Assembly (NCBI GenBank): GCA_950097015.1 | Contig: CATNEN010000029.1 | Coordinates: 558,001-622,000, forward strand | Direction: 5' to 3' | Origin: Macrostomum hystrix | Taxonomy: Eukaryota > Animalia > Platyhelminthes | DNA: 64,000 nt | Shown: in pieces, positions 25,268-37,829 of the stretch | Layout of the letters: each line of letters opens with the position of its first letter | Numbering within the stretch: the stretch's first letter is position 1 | Notes under the pieces: model-generated | The model's database searches: none | What the model was told of the DNA's origin: nothing | Seen by the model: the letters and a program-made list of their open reading frames with translations, nothing else | Position numbers and translations under genes: made by a program

Positions 25268-26909
25268 TCAGCCTTTGGGTAGAAGGGTACATGTATGATA
25301 TTTGTAGGTCAGTAGGTCACTGCTCATGTCCTGCGGTGAAGGCACCGTAGTTGCGATGGGAGCTTGTACAACATTCGCTGCTGCAGTACAATCTGCCATT
25401 GCTTCCTCTCGCATGAGTGGCTCGCCTATCAAAATCTGCTGATGCGTATTAATGTTCAGCATCAGCTCAAGCAAAACTCGCACCCTTAATTCCAAAGAGC
25501 AGTCACGGTTGCCAAACACCACCAACGAGAGCGCCTCAAACAAGCAATTTCCATGTCCATGTCTAATGTCGAATCTTGCTCTCTTGCTATTTCTGCACGC
25601 ACTACACTTGCCGATTTTTCTACACAGCGGGCACCGATTTCTTTTCTACGTTTTGAGCGCAGTTGCCGGGGTATTGGGCGCGAGTGAGTGGTTGCAGCGG
25701 TGATGGTAACTAATTTCCAGATCTGCCGGCTTGCATCACACTCGATTCTATGCTTTCCGGAACACTGGTTGCAGTAGATGAATGCGACGATGCTGCCATT
25801 CGCGCGAACGTACTTTGTTTTGACACAAAGTGCACAGTTGAAAGCGTCAGCGAAGAGCGGCAAGACAACGTTTACCCAGTTTTCCTGCAGGTGATTGTCA
25901 CTAGTGAGCAAATCGTTAGCATCTTGCCGAGGCAGCCGACGCTCAACCACTGGGTTGCTGAAATGTGTGAGGAATATAGTTTCGATGCATAAGGCAAATA
26001 ATGTTGCCTCAAGACTCACATAAGAAGACAATACGAAATACCATTGCAACAATCATTCATCCGAGTCAGCTCCACACGACACTATTATTCGTATTTGATA
26101 GAGCAAGTACTGTAATTACCTGGAATTCCGTAGGCGCAGACTCTCGCACTTAATGGCTTCGTCATGACGACGAAGAAATGTGTACAGCTGCTTCCGAGAG
26201 CTCTCTCCGCTTTCGCCTTGAATAAAGTGTGCTACACTTGCTAAACCAGTATTGCCGCTTCTCCAGCTATCCTTAAGTATGGCCTCAAAGGTGACATCCA
26301 GGTTATCTAAAGCGTCGACCACTCTCTCAACTGAGAGAGGCGCCGCCTGAAATTTCAAATGTGCTGGTAAGCGAAAAACAAAGAAAAATAGTATAAAATA
26401 CTGGTAACTCTTATACCAGTAACAAAAGCTGATAGCAGTGCGACGGTTTCTTCCGATCCGGTATTTATAATTCTATCGATATCTTTGCGTAGCTTTTTTC
26501 GTTCCCTTTGTAGCAAAAGCTGTGGCTGAATGTCGCCTCCCTGCACCATGTCCATCACCTGTTGATGCTGCAGGGCTTCCAACCAAGCACGGCCGTTGAC
26601 ACGATATTCATGTCGAATGTCATTTCCATGCATTCCATGCAGAAGACCAACTCGAGACGGTAGAACTTTAAGCTGGACTACAGAAACTCCGTCATGGCCA
26701 TATCGACGATATGAGTTTTCACCAACCCCTCTGATACGCAAATCAGTGCTAGAATACAACTGTGTACAAGAGCACAGACGCTTGCAAGCTTGTGCCAAGG
26801 AAACACCCTCTGGCACTGTTAGCAGAACAGCAGCTGGTGCAGCAGGACAGTTTAGTGGCGAGGCCACTTCAGGCAAAGCCCCATCAGGGGCCGAAGTCAA
26901 GAACCGGAG
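25268..26909 (-). pseudogene. Internally deleted element gene: NOF/MULE-like N-terminal region plus out-of-frame OTU/vertnin-like protease remnant
   Basis: Exons 26909-26417, 26363-26120 and 25957 onward join with matching phases (1, then 2) at canonical GT/AG sites. Motif RQLRSKRRKEIG...SASVVRAE is present. A second frame gives GHGNCLFEALSLVVFGN..LELRVRVLLELMLN and AANVVQAPIATTVP. No DDE domain is seen. Confidence 0.6.
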
Positions 26910-29839
26910 CTGCAACAATTGCATTATAGGAGAATTTTTTAAAACAATAGACAAATATTAAACCATACTATATCAATATTAACATGAAAAAACAATAATG
27001 TGCTACATCACTCCATTTCACACCATAGCATGTCATTTAAATACCATATCATGCCATATCATACCACATTATGCCATCTTATGCCATATAAAGCCATATA
27101 ATACCATATCACACAATATCATACCATATCACGCCATATAACAACATATAATGCCATATCATACCATGTCATACCATATCATGCCATATCATACCATATC
27201 ATGCCATATTATGCCAAATTATACCATATAATACCATATCATACCATTCAATGCCATATTGTACCATGTCATACCATATCATACCACATTATGCTATCTT
27301 ATGCCATATAAAGCCATATACTACCATATCACACCATATCATACCATACAATACCATATTATACCATATCAGGCCATATAACACCATATAAAGCCATATA
27401 ATACCATATCACACCATATCATACCATATCAGGCCATATAACAACATATAATGCCATATCATACCATGTCATACCATATCATGCCATATTATGCCAAATT
27501 ATACCATATCAGGCCATATAACACCATATAAAGCCATATAATACCATATCACACCATATCATACCATATCAGGCCATATAACAACATATAATGCCATATC
27601 ATGCCATGTAATGCCATATCATACCATATCACACCATATCATACCATTCAATGCCATATTATACCATATCAGGCCATATAACACCATATCTGCCATATCA
27701 TATCATATCACATCATATTATGCCATATTACACTAGGCCCCTATATAACACTATATCATGCCATATCTCTGACAGATCCACTGCCAGATTGACTACCAAA
27801 TCTACTGCCAGATCTCTGCCAGATCAAATGCCAGATATAGTGCTAGATTCACTGTGAAATCTGTTTTTTTCTAATAAGTTTATATTATAGAAATAAATAT
27901 TGAAACATAATAGTAAAGTATTTAATATATTTAAAATATGCCCTTAATGTTTTTATATACATTAGATCAATGAAACAATAGAACAATATATATTTCCCAT
28001 ATAGCTCAAAATTGCAGAAATACATGCCAATTTACTTTTGAACTTTATATACTACTATTGAATTGTGCAACCTAACTACACATAATTTAGCTTTGGCCTT
28101 TTGTTCACCAATACAATGTTTAAATGCATTAACATTTCCCTGTCATGTTAGCTTGCCTTTGATTGATATCTTATCCTATGTACAATAATTTATCTATGCA
28201 TTGTAAAAATTATTCAATGAATAAAAGCAAGAAAGTGGCATTTCATTATTTAGAAACATATATTACAAAAGAAAACAATACATGTTTTTCAATACAAATA
28301 GAGAGGGAATCTGAATATATTGCTGCAGTCTGTTCTCAGATGTAGTAAAATGAAACTGAGATTGAATAGAAAGCACGGCTAAACTGTCCATAATCTTTTA
28401 GAAATACTGAATTACATAATAAAGCAGGGTGTGCATGAATATACATTTTTTGTATATAAATAGAACAAAGCATATGCTGCATATGCTTCTGCAATGCTAA
28501 TATTTTATATCTAAATTTCATTTCATAATTATTTTGCTTCGTTACATTAACTCATGTAGAGTAGATGCATGTATAGCACGAATTGAATTTGATTCGTCAC
28601 TGTTTAGCTCAAGACAGACTTTTTCTAATGCAATGATATTATAATTACTTTATGACAAAACCCTCGAACGGTATGCCACGTGATATTTAATTTGGCGCGC
28701 GGAAAAAAAATATAAAAAGCATAACAAAGAAAACTGACCTGCGGTATAGGTGTTGTATTAATTTTGTGTTAATAGAATTAAAGCTCGAGACAATTATCTT
28801 ATATTCAGGAAAACACGCACAAGAAAAGTGGCACACTAATAATGAGGCCACAATCTACTAGCACAAAATCTAGCACAAAAATCGAGCAATTAAAACCTAT
28901 ATAAATCATTGTGATCAATCACATTTACTTCAAAAGCACCTGGCACATTCAATTCAGCAGTGGCACAACCTCCTACAAAAAAATCAGCTCTGGCACACTT
29001 CATAAAAATTTTTCTAAAAAAATATTTTTGCTTCGTTGTGCTAACTGAAGGACGGTTGGTGAATTCAGTTCTTAGTATAATTCAGGCAATTATATATTAT
29101 AAATCTTCAAGTCAAACCAAACTGGAAATCGTGGTCATGCTTTGCGTCATGGCAACACAATAAACTAAAACAAGTGTTATACACGAATGCAAGAATTTTT
29201 TTGTTTTATAATCAAAATGCGCAGAAATTAATTTGCAATCAAGTTGAATGAAAAATTTACAGCTGTTTTTAACAGATTTATCTTTAGTCTTTCCGGACTT
29301 TTAAAAACAAATTGCTGCCGATGAGCTCGTTATTGCCTACATTACAAAATGTTCAGAAATATGATAATAAAAGCTGGCGAAAAAGGGAATGCAATAAAAA
29401 TCCATCAATTAAGCCTCGCTTTTTCATATTTTTAAAACGGCGAAACTATCGACTACTGTTTTGGTCATTGGCGAAAAGAAAGTATGATTTGTTGTTAAAA
29501 TATACACATTTTGCTTGGCCCAGAAAATTTATCTTGCAACAGAAATAGATAAAAAAATATGTTTTATATGTATATAGTTGTGTTCTACCAGAATTTTAAA
29601 ACGGCGAAAGCTTTCGTATGAATCTCTTATCGTAGGGGCTTATAAACCGCTCATAAACCCGTTATAAGCCGAAGTTGTTTTTTTGAACGACCAGACCAAG
29701 TTATAAGTAGCAAATCTGCTTGAAACAATTAGTGGCGAATAAGAGTCACATCAAGATCTAGTAGAAAAGTTGTTTTCCATTTGTGGCGAACGAGTTTTAA
29801 AAAAGTGGGTTTATAGCGAGTCGCTAGTGACACGTGAGT
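26405..29839 (-). repeat. Right terminal inverted repeat arm (3,435 bp)
   Basis: Mirror of 19457-23065; duplicated ORFs 26355-26954, 27651-27857 and 29312-29548 match left-arm ORFs. Confidence 0.95.
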
Positions 29840-31502
29840 GCCCCAGTGCGTGACAACGATTGTTTTGCGAGCGCTGGTATCGCTATTAGACGATCAAATC
29901 GTATGAACTGTCTGTGGCATAGAAAAGTGAGACGCTCGTAGCAGGGGGGTGTGAAGAAAACTTGAAGAAAACTTTGATGTCTATGGTAGACTGTATTCAT
30001 ACCTCTTCTCATCTAGGTTCAATGCCAAATGGCAAACAAACAATGAATTTTAACGCATAAAAACTATAAATAATGATCGTCAAATAGTGATACAATGTGT
30101 TTCAAAATGGCCGCACACGAAAGCGATCAGGACATCAAATATTTTTGTTTTCTTTGCAATACAAATAACACAATTCAGGTAAAGACCGAAAGATTGAGAT
30201 TTGCTGACTGAATTCAGCTGACCAACGGGCTATGTTGCAAATCTGCAATCTAGCTAGAATACTATTAAAGAGACTAAACTTTCGAGAAAAATTGGCAAAA
30301 GTAAAACAAAAGAAACAATCATAATAAAGTTTAGAAGCGTATACCTATACAACTGCCAGATCTATACTTACAAATTGTAAAAATACTTTCATAAATGTAT
30401 TTCTTTATTTGCTGCAATGGTTTCCAGGACTACATGGTTTCTCCAACATATAATTTTCGACATTCTACTAATTATTTGTTAATAATGATTCTAAATTTGT
30501 AGTTTTTTTGTTGTAGTTGTTCTAGCGTAAACGGTATTGTACTTATCAAATTAAACCATTGTATTATAAGTTAACAGCTTTTACCAATCACTGTAGAAAT
30601 ACCTTCAGCATATTACGAAAGTATTTGACTGTTATGTTTTTTTCCTTTATTATGTCATGGAAACAAAGTTTTGAAACTCTATTTAAATGCGACTAGAATG
30701 AATCTTACTAGCATTATTATAAATATTAATTCAACTATTCTTATTTATACTAGTTAAGTTGCATATATAATCATAAGATGTGTTAATAAACGTGAAATAA
30801 CTTATTGATGAGGTTAATTTAGGTTTTTAAAGCTAATCGGAATTGGTGAAAATACCAGCAAATCTTTTTCTATATAGTTCGTTTTTATTGCAGGAACTTT
30901 AAATACTAAAAGTATACTATAGATGCATTATAGTTTGTGACCAAGGCAGCCACATGTCTTTTAAATACATAAATAGTCGTTTCTTAATTGTTTTCTGCTT
31001 ACATATTATATTGCAATATATATATAATTTTATTTTCATATTTCTGTAGCGCTTTTTTGTAAAAAGTTAATTTAAGTTGTACTATACTACTATAGTATTG
31101 ATATTCTAATGGTAATGTTTGTAGAAAGTCAAACAAAAGAACTAGGAATGTTGGTCTAGTGTTTCACCTGTATTTAATTGATGAGTTAAGTCACATTTTT
31201 TTCATTTCACTTTAAGTCCAGTTCCCATACATATTCCTTATTTGGGTAGCATTTCTTAAATTATAAATGCTAGCATTGCCTCAAGCACACTATTTATATT
31301 TATTTGCAAAAATATTTTGTAAATTTTGTTTACTGCTTACTGTCATTGTTTCAGCATAAATATAATTCAATTTTTTTTAATTGTCGTGTGTTCTGAAAAT
31401 TACCGTTTAGTGCCTTTAAAAATTCATTTGAATTTTTGTAAAACTTAAAACATGTTTAATACAAGCAAACGTTCTAAAATTTCTAGCTTTACTTTAAAAT
31501 AA

Positions 31503-34500
31503 ATGGCTGACTCCGATCCTAACGATAATGACAATGGCGGTGTGCCTTACGATCCGCAAGACGATGAGGAGGACATCGACGATCTGGATGACGCCAATGT
31601 TGCCGACCTAGACGATGATGAAAACGAAGGCGTGGTGGCGGATGTGAATGAGGAGGCTCAGTCTGAGGATGAGAATGAACTCATCGTTTTGGACCCGGAT
31701 CATGTGAGTGTTTTGGAAATTTTTGCATAGAAATCACAGCAGATATTTTTTCACCTAAATTATTTAAGGTATTTAAGGTTCGTTGCACTAATTGCATAGC
31801 TTATTAGTGCAGCGAAATGCTTGAACATATGTACTAGAAAGTGCACTTCATATAAGACAGCCTTAATCTAAAAAATTGCCAAAATTCCAGCCTCTGATGG
31901 AACGGTTCCAAGAACGACTGAAGAACCTTCTGGAGAGACAGGTGGAACGACTACAGGTGTCAAAGCGCGAACAGGTGAGTAAAGACAGACTTTGCTTAAC
32001 TAGCTTTTAAATAAGTTATTGAAGTGACGCAATGGTGAAAAATTAAATTAATTTTAGGACGAAACGTTGAAGAAGAAGCGACAGCAGCATCTGGAACTGG
32101 GCAACGAGCTGTACAATTTGCAGCAGGAGTTAGCCAAGTAGGTTTGGAATTGTCGTCAGTTCACGTAGAACAAAATTTTCGTTTCGACTTAAAACAAAAA
32201 AGAGATACATTTACGACAAGATTCTATAACTGTTAAAGATAATAAGGATTCATAACTGTCCAAAGAAAAATGCTGATAGTTAGGTTTATTAATTGATAAA
32301 TAACCAAACCAAACCAAAAGGGTCGGTGGCAGAGCGGTTATCGCGTTTGCCTCTCGCACCTCGGTCCCTAAGTTCGATTCCACAGAGAGGCCACATTCAT
32401 TTGGGGCGCAGCCGCGGAGAGAAGGCTTGGGGGCTTGTCGTGCAATTTACGCTCTTGAGGGCCAACCATTAAGGCACAGTGAAGTGTACACTGCCTGATG
32501 ATGAGAAAGTCAGGCCAGATGTACACACCTGTGTGAGCGTATGCCTGCGTACAGTATATGTGTGCGTGTGTGCTCAGGCGTCAGCGAAATGGGCAGAATT
32601 GCCTCCTCGCTGGCTGCGGGTCTAGTGTCACCAAATGATGTGCCATTGCCCGCAGCCCTCCTGCAATTATTATTATTATTATTATAAACCAAACCAAACC
32701 AAACTCTAACCACGCCAATTATTTCCACGGAAAATATAATCCGTCTCGTCCCTCCCTTAGAGCCCAGATGCACATCGAGAAGGCGCACGACGACTACACT
32801 GAGGCCAAGCGGGGCCGTCAGCAGAAGGAGATGACCCTGGACGACACGCGGCGCATGTTCAAGGAGATGACGAACGCGTACAACCAGGAGAAGCGAAAGG
32901 AGGCCGACCTGCGCCAGGAGGTCGACAATCTGGCCCTGCGTCTGTTCTACATGCGCAACGCGCGAGAAGATGTCCTCGGCGACATCGCCGTTATGAAGCG
33001 CGCCGCCGAGAAGGCCGACGGCGATCTAGCCAAGGCTGAGGACGCCAAGATGCGGCAGGACCTGTTGGTTGACCGCCTGGTTGAGCAGACCGACCGTCTG
33101 CGCGAGGACATTGCTCTGTACGACGCCCAGGTCGCCGCTCAAGGTGACGAGATCAAGGCGGCCAAGGAGGGCCTCGCCGATGCTCAGTCAGAGATCCAGA
33201 CCATCGCGGTGGAGCGCAAGCAGCTGATGTCACAGTGGAACAGCAGCCTGATTGGACTGACCCGCAGGAACGAAGCACATTCCACCATGCTGGAGGCTCT
33301 GAATCAGCGCAACGAGCAGATTCGGAGTCTCGGCACGGAGGCCGAGGCCTACGCGAAGTCAATCTCCAAAGAGCAGGAGCAGAACGAGAAGCTGACACTG
33401 ATCTTGAACAAGACCGAAAAAGACTTTGACACGGTGCGTTCAGTTGGATTAGAATGGGTTTGATAACTCGGCTGCCTCATCCCGGAAGTAAATGTTTATC
33501 CACAAACCCAACCCCACTGCAGGTGAAGCGGCAGCTGGTGCAATCTCGCAGCAAGCACGACCAGCTGAAGCAAGAGTTCTCGCTGAAGACTCGCCAGCTG
33601 CACGAGACTGAGACACACCTTGAAAGAGCTAACGTTCAGATCCGCGAGCGTCGGCAAGAGTTGGACGCCCTCCGAAAGCAGATCGAGCGCGAGTACCAGG
33701 AGAAGGTGCGCCTCACGGACGAGATCACTGAGCAGATTCGCAGCCGATTGACAATGAAGAAGGCGGCCGAGTATACTCAGAAACTCACCGGGAAGGTGCG
33801 AGATCGAACTCGCGAAGTTGAAACCCAGATTGCCCTGGTCGAAAACGACATCTCCAAAGACCAGCTAGAGGCAGCTCATGTGCGAGCTCGCCTGCGGCAC
33901 AACCAGACCATGGCCGAATCGCTGGACAAGGAGATCTTAGCCAAGAACATCGTCATCAACAAGTCTGAGCAGGATCAGGCGCGCAACAACATCGACATCG
34001 AGCGCAAGCAGGGCGAGATCGATCAGCACAACAAGCGGCTCGAGCAGCTGATCGCCTCGGCCGGAGGCGTCGAACTTGGACCGCTGGAGATCACCATCAA
34101 CTCGCTGGGCAAGTCCATCGCGGCCAAGCAGGAGGAGATCGCCGGCCTGGAGCAGATGTGGCTGCGGGAGCAGCACGAGCTGGTGAAGATTGTCAACGAG
34201 CGGAGCGAGCTGGGCGCCACCGTCAACCGGCTGAAGAAGCAGCTGATGATCCTGGGCCAGAAGAAGTTGCGCATCGAGGGCGACATCGAGCGGGAGCAGA
34301 AGGAGAAGCTGACCGTCGAGCGCTCGCTGAACCATCTCCAGACGGACATGCAGCGCCTGAACGGCCTCATCTACCGGGAGACGGACGCGGCCGACCAGTT
34401 GCGCAAGCACAATGCCCTCCTTGAGACCGACTTTGTTCGCGCTCTCAAAGAAGAAGAGAAAGTCAGCCTGCAGCTCCGCGAGAAGCTGGAGCTGCTCAAG

Positions 34501-35709
34501 GAGGAGAAGAACCGCCTGCTGTCCTCGCTGATCGACGCCGAGCAGCGCATCATGCTGTGGGAGAAGAAGATTCAGCTGGCCCAGGAGACTCGCGCGGCTG
34601 TGGACTCGGACGTTGGCCAGGCCGAGATCAAGGCGATGCGCTCTGAGATTCACCGCATGGAGGTCCGGCTCGGCCAGCTGATGCGCCAGCAGGAGCAGCT
34701 CATCCAGGAGATGGAGAAGTCGGTCAGCAGGCGGGACACGATCGCCACGCGCGGCGAGGCCCAGGCGCGCGCCAAGGTCAAGGTCGTCACCAAGGGCGCC
34801 ATGCAAAGGGAGCTGAACGAGCTCAGAAAGAGAATTAAACAGACCATCAAGGTGAGCTAATTTTGAAACTTTTGAGACTTTTGAGACTTTGGGACTTTTA
34901 AGTTGAATTAATTACTTACTTTGCAGACCACAAACGAATGCGACGAAGACATTGAGGACCTGCGTCAGAAGCAGTCGCTGCTTGAAGGCGAAATTAGCGA
35001 GCGGAACGAGCGCTGCAACCAGCTGCAACAGGAGGCCGACCGGCTCAATGACACCCTGGCCAGCCTCACCGACATGAAACAGATGGTGAGGCCGCCAGGC
35101 TGGAATACCTGGGAGCAAGATAGAAGTTCCTGGAATCAATGATGGATTAAGGAAGATATTATTGGGATCAATAACGGATTAAGGAAGATTTTACTGGGAT
35201 CAATCATGTATTAAGGAAGATTTTACTGGGATCAATGATGGATTAAGGAAGATTTTACTGGGATCCATGACGGATTAAGGAAGATATTACTGAGAGTCTG
35301 AGATCAATCATAGATTAAGAAAGATATTACTGAGATCAATCATTGATTAAGGAAGATATTTCTGGGATCAATCATAGATTAAGGAAGATATTATTGGGAT
35401 CCATGATGGATTCATAAGCCGCTCCTGTGTGATTTCTGCAACGATGCCACCCACCCCCTCCGCCATCAGCAAATCTTTGATCTCCAGTCGCGCCAGCAGA
35501 CGGCCCGCTACTACCAGCAAGTTCGCGAAGGCAAGTACAAGCCGCTGTACAAGGAGACCGCCCGCCTAGACGAAGAACGCCAGAAACAGCAGGAGAGGAC
35601 CCAGGCGCTCAGCCTGGTGATCGAGCGAGTGACCCGCGACCATCCGCAGGTGCTTCGTGCCATCGGACCCTGTCGCAGTATGATCAACACTCGGCTGGGC
35701 TTTGCCTGA
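31503..35709 (+). CDS. CCDC40: Coiled-coil domain-containing protein 40 (axonemal 96-nm ruler subunit), 7 exons, 921 aa
   Basis: Exons 31503-31703, 31891-31974, 32058-32137, 32761-33433, 33523-34851, 34927-35085 and 35470-35709 join in phase (2,766 nt). Acidic N-terminus, LIVLDPDH|PLM motif, long coiled coil, QRIMLWEKKIQLAQETR and a C-terminal VREGKY...HPQ segment typical of CCDC40. Confidence 0.93.
32319..32686 (+). mobile_element. Full-length tRNA-derived SINE in CCDC40 intron 3
   Basis: A box TGGCAGAGCGG (32327-32337), B box GTTCGATTC (32372-32380), (ATT)n tail (32666-32685), flanking direct repeat AACCAAACCAAACCAAA at 32302-32318 and 32687-32703. Confidence 0.85.
35130..35410. repeat. 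About 32-bp minisatellite in CCDC40 intron 6
   Basis: GGGATCAATGATGGATTAAGGAAGATTTTACT-like units. Confidence 0.85.
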
Positions 35710-36107
35710 GGCCTCTGAAACTATCCATGCAACTTTGCTTTCAAAGATCTAACTGAGTTTGTCATAAGTTTGTATAGAGGTAATGAAGAAAATATTGTGG
35801 TGCGATGATAATATTTAATTAATTATATTATTAAGTCCCTTCCCTCAATCTCTGTTAAGTTGTTTCTCACGCTTCTGAAAGTTTTTAATTTAGCTCCTAC
35901 TGGGCCAGTTAAAATCCACAAAAAATAAATGAAACAAAAAAAATTATTTGTTTTAATTACGAAAACTTCTAAATACTGAACTTATTTGTTTTTTTTTGTG
36001 TTCTCAATAAAAAAACTGACTTCCAAACTTTTGTTTTTTACTTCTTTAGTTCTTGTAAAATAAAATCATTTTAGTTAGCGATTGTTCATGGAAAAGCGAC
36101 CCAACTC

Positions 36108-36443
36108 GTTGGAGAGTGACACAACTCGTTGGAGAGTGACACAACTCGTTAGAGAGTGATACTACTCGTTGAAAAGTGACACAACTCGTTGAAAAGTGAC
36201 ACGAATCGTTTGAGAGTGACAGAAAAGATTAAAGAGTGACACAAATCATTAAAGAGTGACGCAAATCATTAAAGAGTGACACAAATCATTAAAGAGTGAC
36301 ACAAATCATTAAAGAGTGACACAAATCATTAAAGAGTGACACAAATCATTAAAGAGTGACACAAATCATTAAAGAGTGACACAAATCATTAAAGAGTGAC
36401 GCAAATCATTAAAGAGTGACACAAATCATTAAAGAGTGACACA
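36108..36443. repeat. 20-bp minisatellite with a sequence gradient (GAGAGTGACACAACTCGTTG to AAAGAGTGACACAAATCATT)
   Basis: Direct periodicity; the unit drifts from left to right. Confidence 0.9.
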
Positions 36444-37343
36444 ATGTCGAATTGGAAATGTTGACATTTTTTTAAAGTCATGAAATAAGTTACGAGCCAA
36501 TTTTTTGCATTGTGCGGCCGAATTGTTATAAAAAATCTGCACACTTTTGCAGCCCTACTCTTAGTAGCATTGTTGAATTTTACACAAAATACGGAGTATA
36601 TCTACGGGTATAGCCTAAATGTTCATGGCAATGATACGACTACGGCTAAACAAAAGCGCTTGTTCCATCATTTTTTGGCTTTCTTGCAATGCGCAAACAC
36701 TACTCTGCACATTCAAACCCGACAATGCAATTTCTTGCCGCCATGACGGCATTGTCCAGGTTGATTATCCAAGCTATTGTGAAAAACTTGGCATATATAT
36801 AAGAGAAGCACAAAGATGATCACCTGGTACAGCATCTGAGACATTCGCTGGGCTTATTGCTTGCCCTACAAAGGGGATGAGGGCCACTTGAGAACCTGGG
36901 AAGAGAGGCGGAAGCGGTTTCTTGAGCTCCTTCCTCTCCAAGCCGCGGCAACAATAGCCTAGCTGGTAATTGTTAAAATTCCCATTATACTAAGCCAAGC
37001 CAAGGTGCCTATTGTTGTCTAAACTTCAGCTTCTCAATAATCAGTTCCAATCTTAACTCACAAAGGATCTCTGATTCGTTTATTTTTATTTTTTCTAAAC
37101 TCCCACATGATGAAGCACCGTTGGATGCTGCAAGCGCTGAAAAAGCGCCTCCGCCACGCCCGCGCGGAAATCTCGCAGAACTCCTAGAGTAGAGAGGATC
37201 AGGGAAGCGGAAGTGGCGGGACCGCCTTCTCCCCTCTCTCCACGCCATCCTTCACGGCAACTGAAATCGGCCCAGACTCTGATATAGCATCTCAAGCAGT
37301 CGCTTATAGTATTGAAGCTCCGCTGTCAGTCCGTGCTGGCTGG

Positions 37344-37374
<31 letters not shown>

Positions 37375-37829
37375 GTCTCTCTTGGGAGGCCCATTGATGT
37401 AGCTTTCCGCTTCTACCCCTTCTCTCGCATGCTGAACTTGCCCCAGCCACACCAGCTCAGCCTGAGAATAGTGAGGATAGTGAGAATAGTGGACTGGACC
37501 GGAGAGAGGCTTCACTAAAATATTCGTGTCATTTCGACCTACTAGCCTACTAGCTAGCTTACACAAGCCATTGTATGCGTATTGGGATCCATGCAGCCAT
37601 CCCACACCACCCTATGCTGGTACGAGCGTAGAGCTATAGATAGACAAAAGCTTTAATACCGCCGCGAGAGACTAAAAAAGGTCCGCTGTGTTTACAATTC
37701 TGCGTGCCTTGTGCATATTATCCCTAGAGCTTAAGCAAAGGCTTCCCAGTCCAAGCTGAGTCTGAACAGAACAGAAAATCTGGGACTCCATGGGTCGAGA
37801 GCACGGATGATTGGCAAGAATAGGAATTC

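Larger units (their letters stand above)
19457..29839. mobile_element. Giant foldback (MULE/FB-NOF-like) DNA transposon, 10,383 bp, apparently non-autonomous
   Basis: Inverted arms 19457-23065 and 26405-29839. Perfect 9-bp direct repeat GCCCCAGTG at 19448-19456 and 29840-29848. Internal spliced ORF with a NOF-like segment. Confidence 0.88.

Noticed and set aside
19457-29839. Inverted duplication as a long-read fold-back assembly artefact
   Set aside because: A perfect 9-bp flanking direct repeat, a 3.3-kb unique spacer and arm-specific indels argue for a real transposon; read-level confirmation is still desirable.
32319-32390. tRNA gene
   Set aside because: A and B boxes are present, but there is no convincing acceptor stem; it continues into a SINE body with tail and TSD.
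32495-32515. Hammerhead core CTGATGA...GAAA in the SINE
   Set aside because: Only 3 nt lie between the core motifs, stem III cannot form and the stem I register mismatches; a simple hairpin fits better.
33937-34806. 289-aa minus-strand ORF and other antisense ORFs
   Set aside because: Shadow of the GC-rich CCDC40 coding exon.
36800-37605. Possible minus-strand exons in GC-rich patches
   Set aside because: I could not assemble a phase-consistent gene or recognise a domain.
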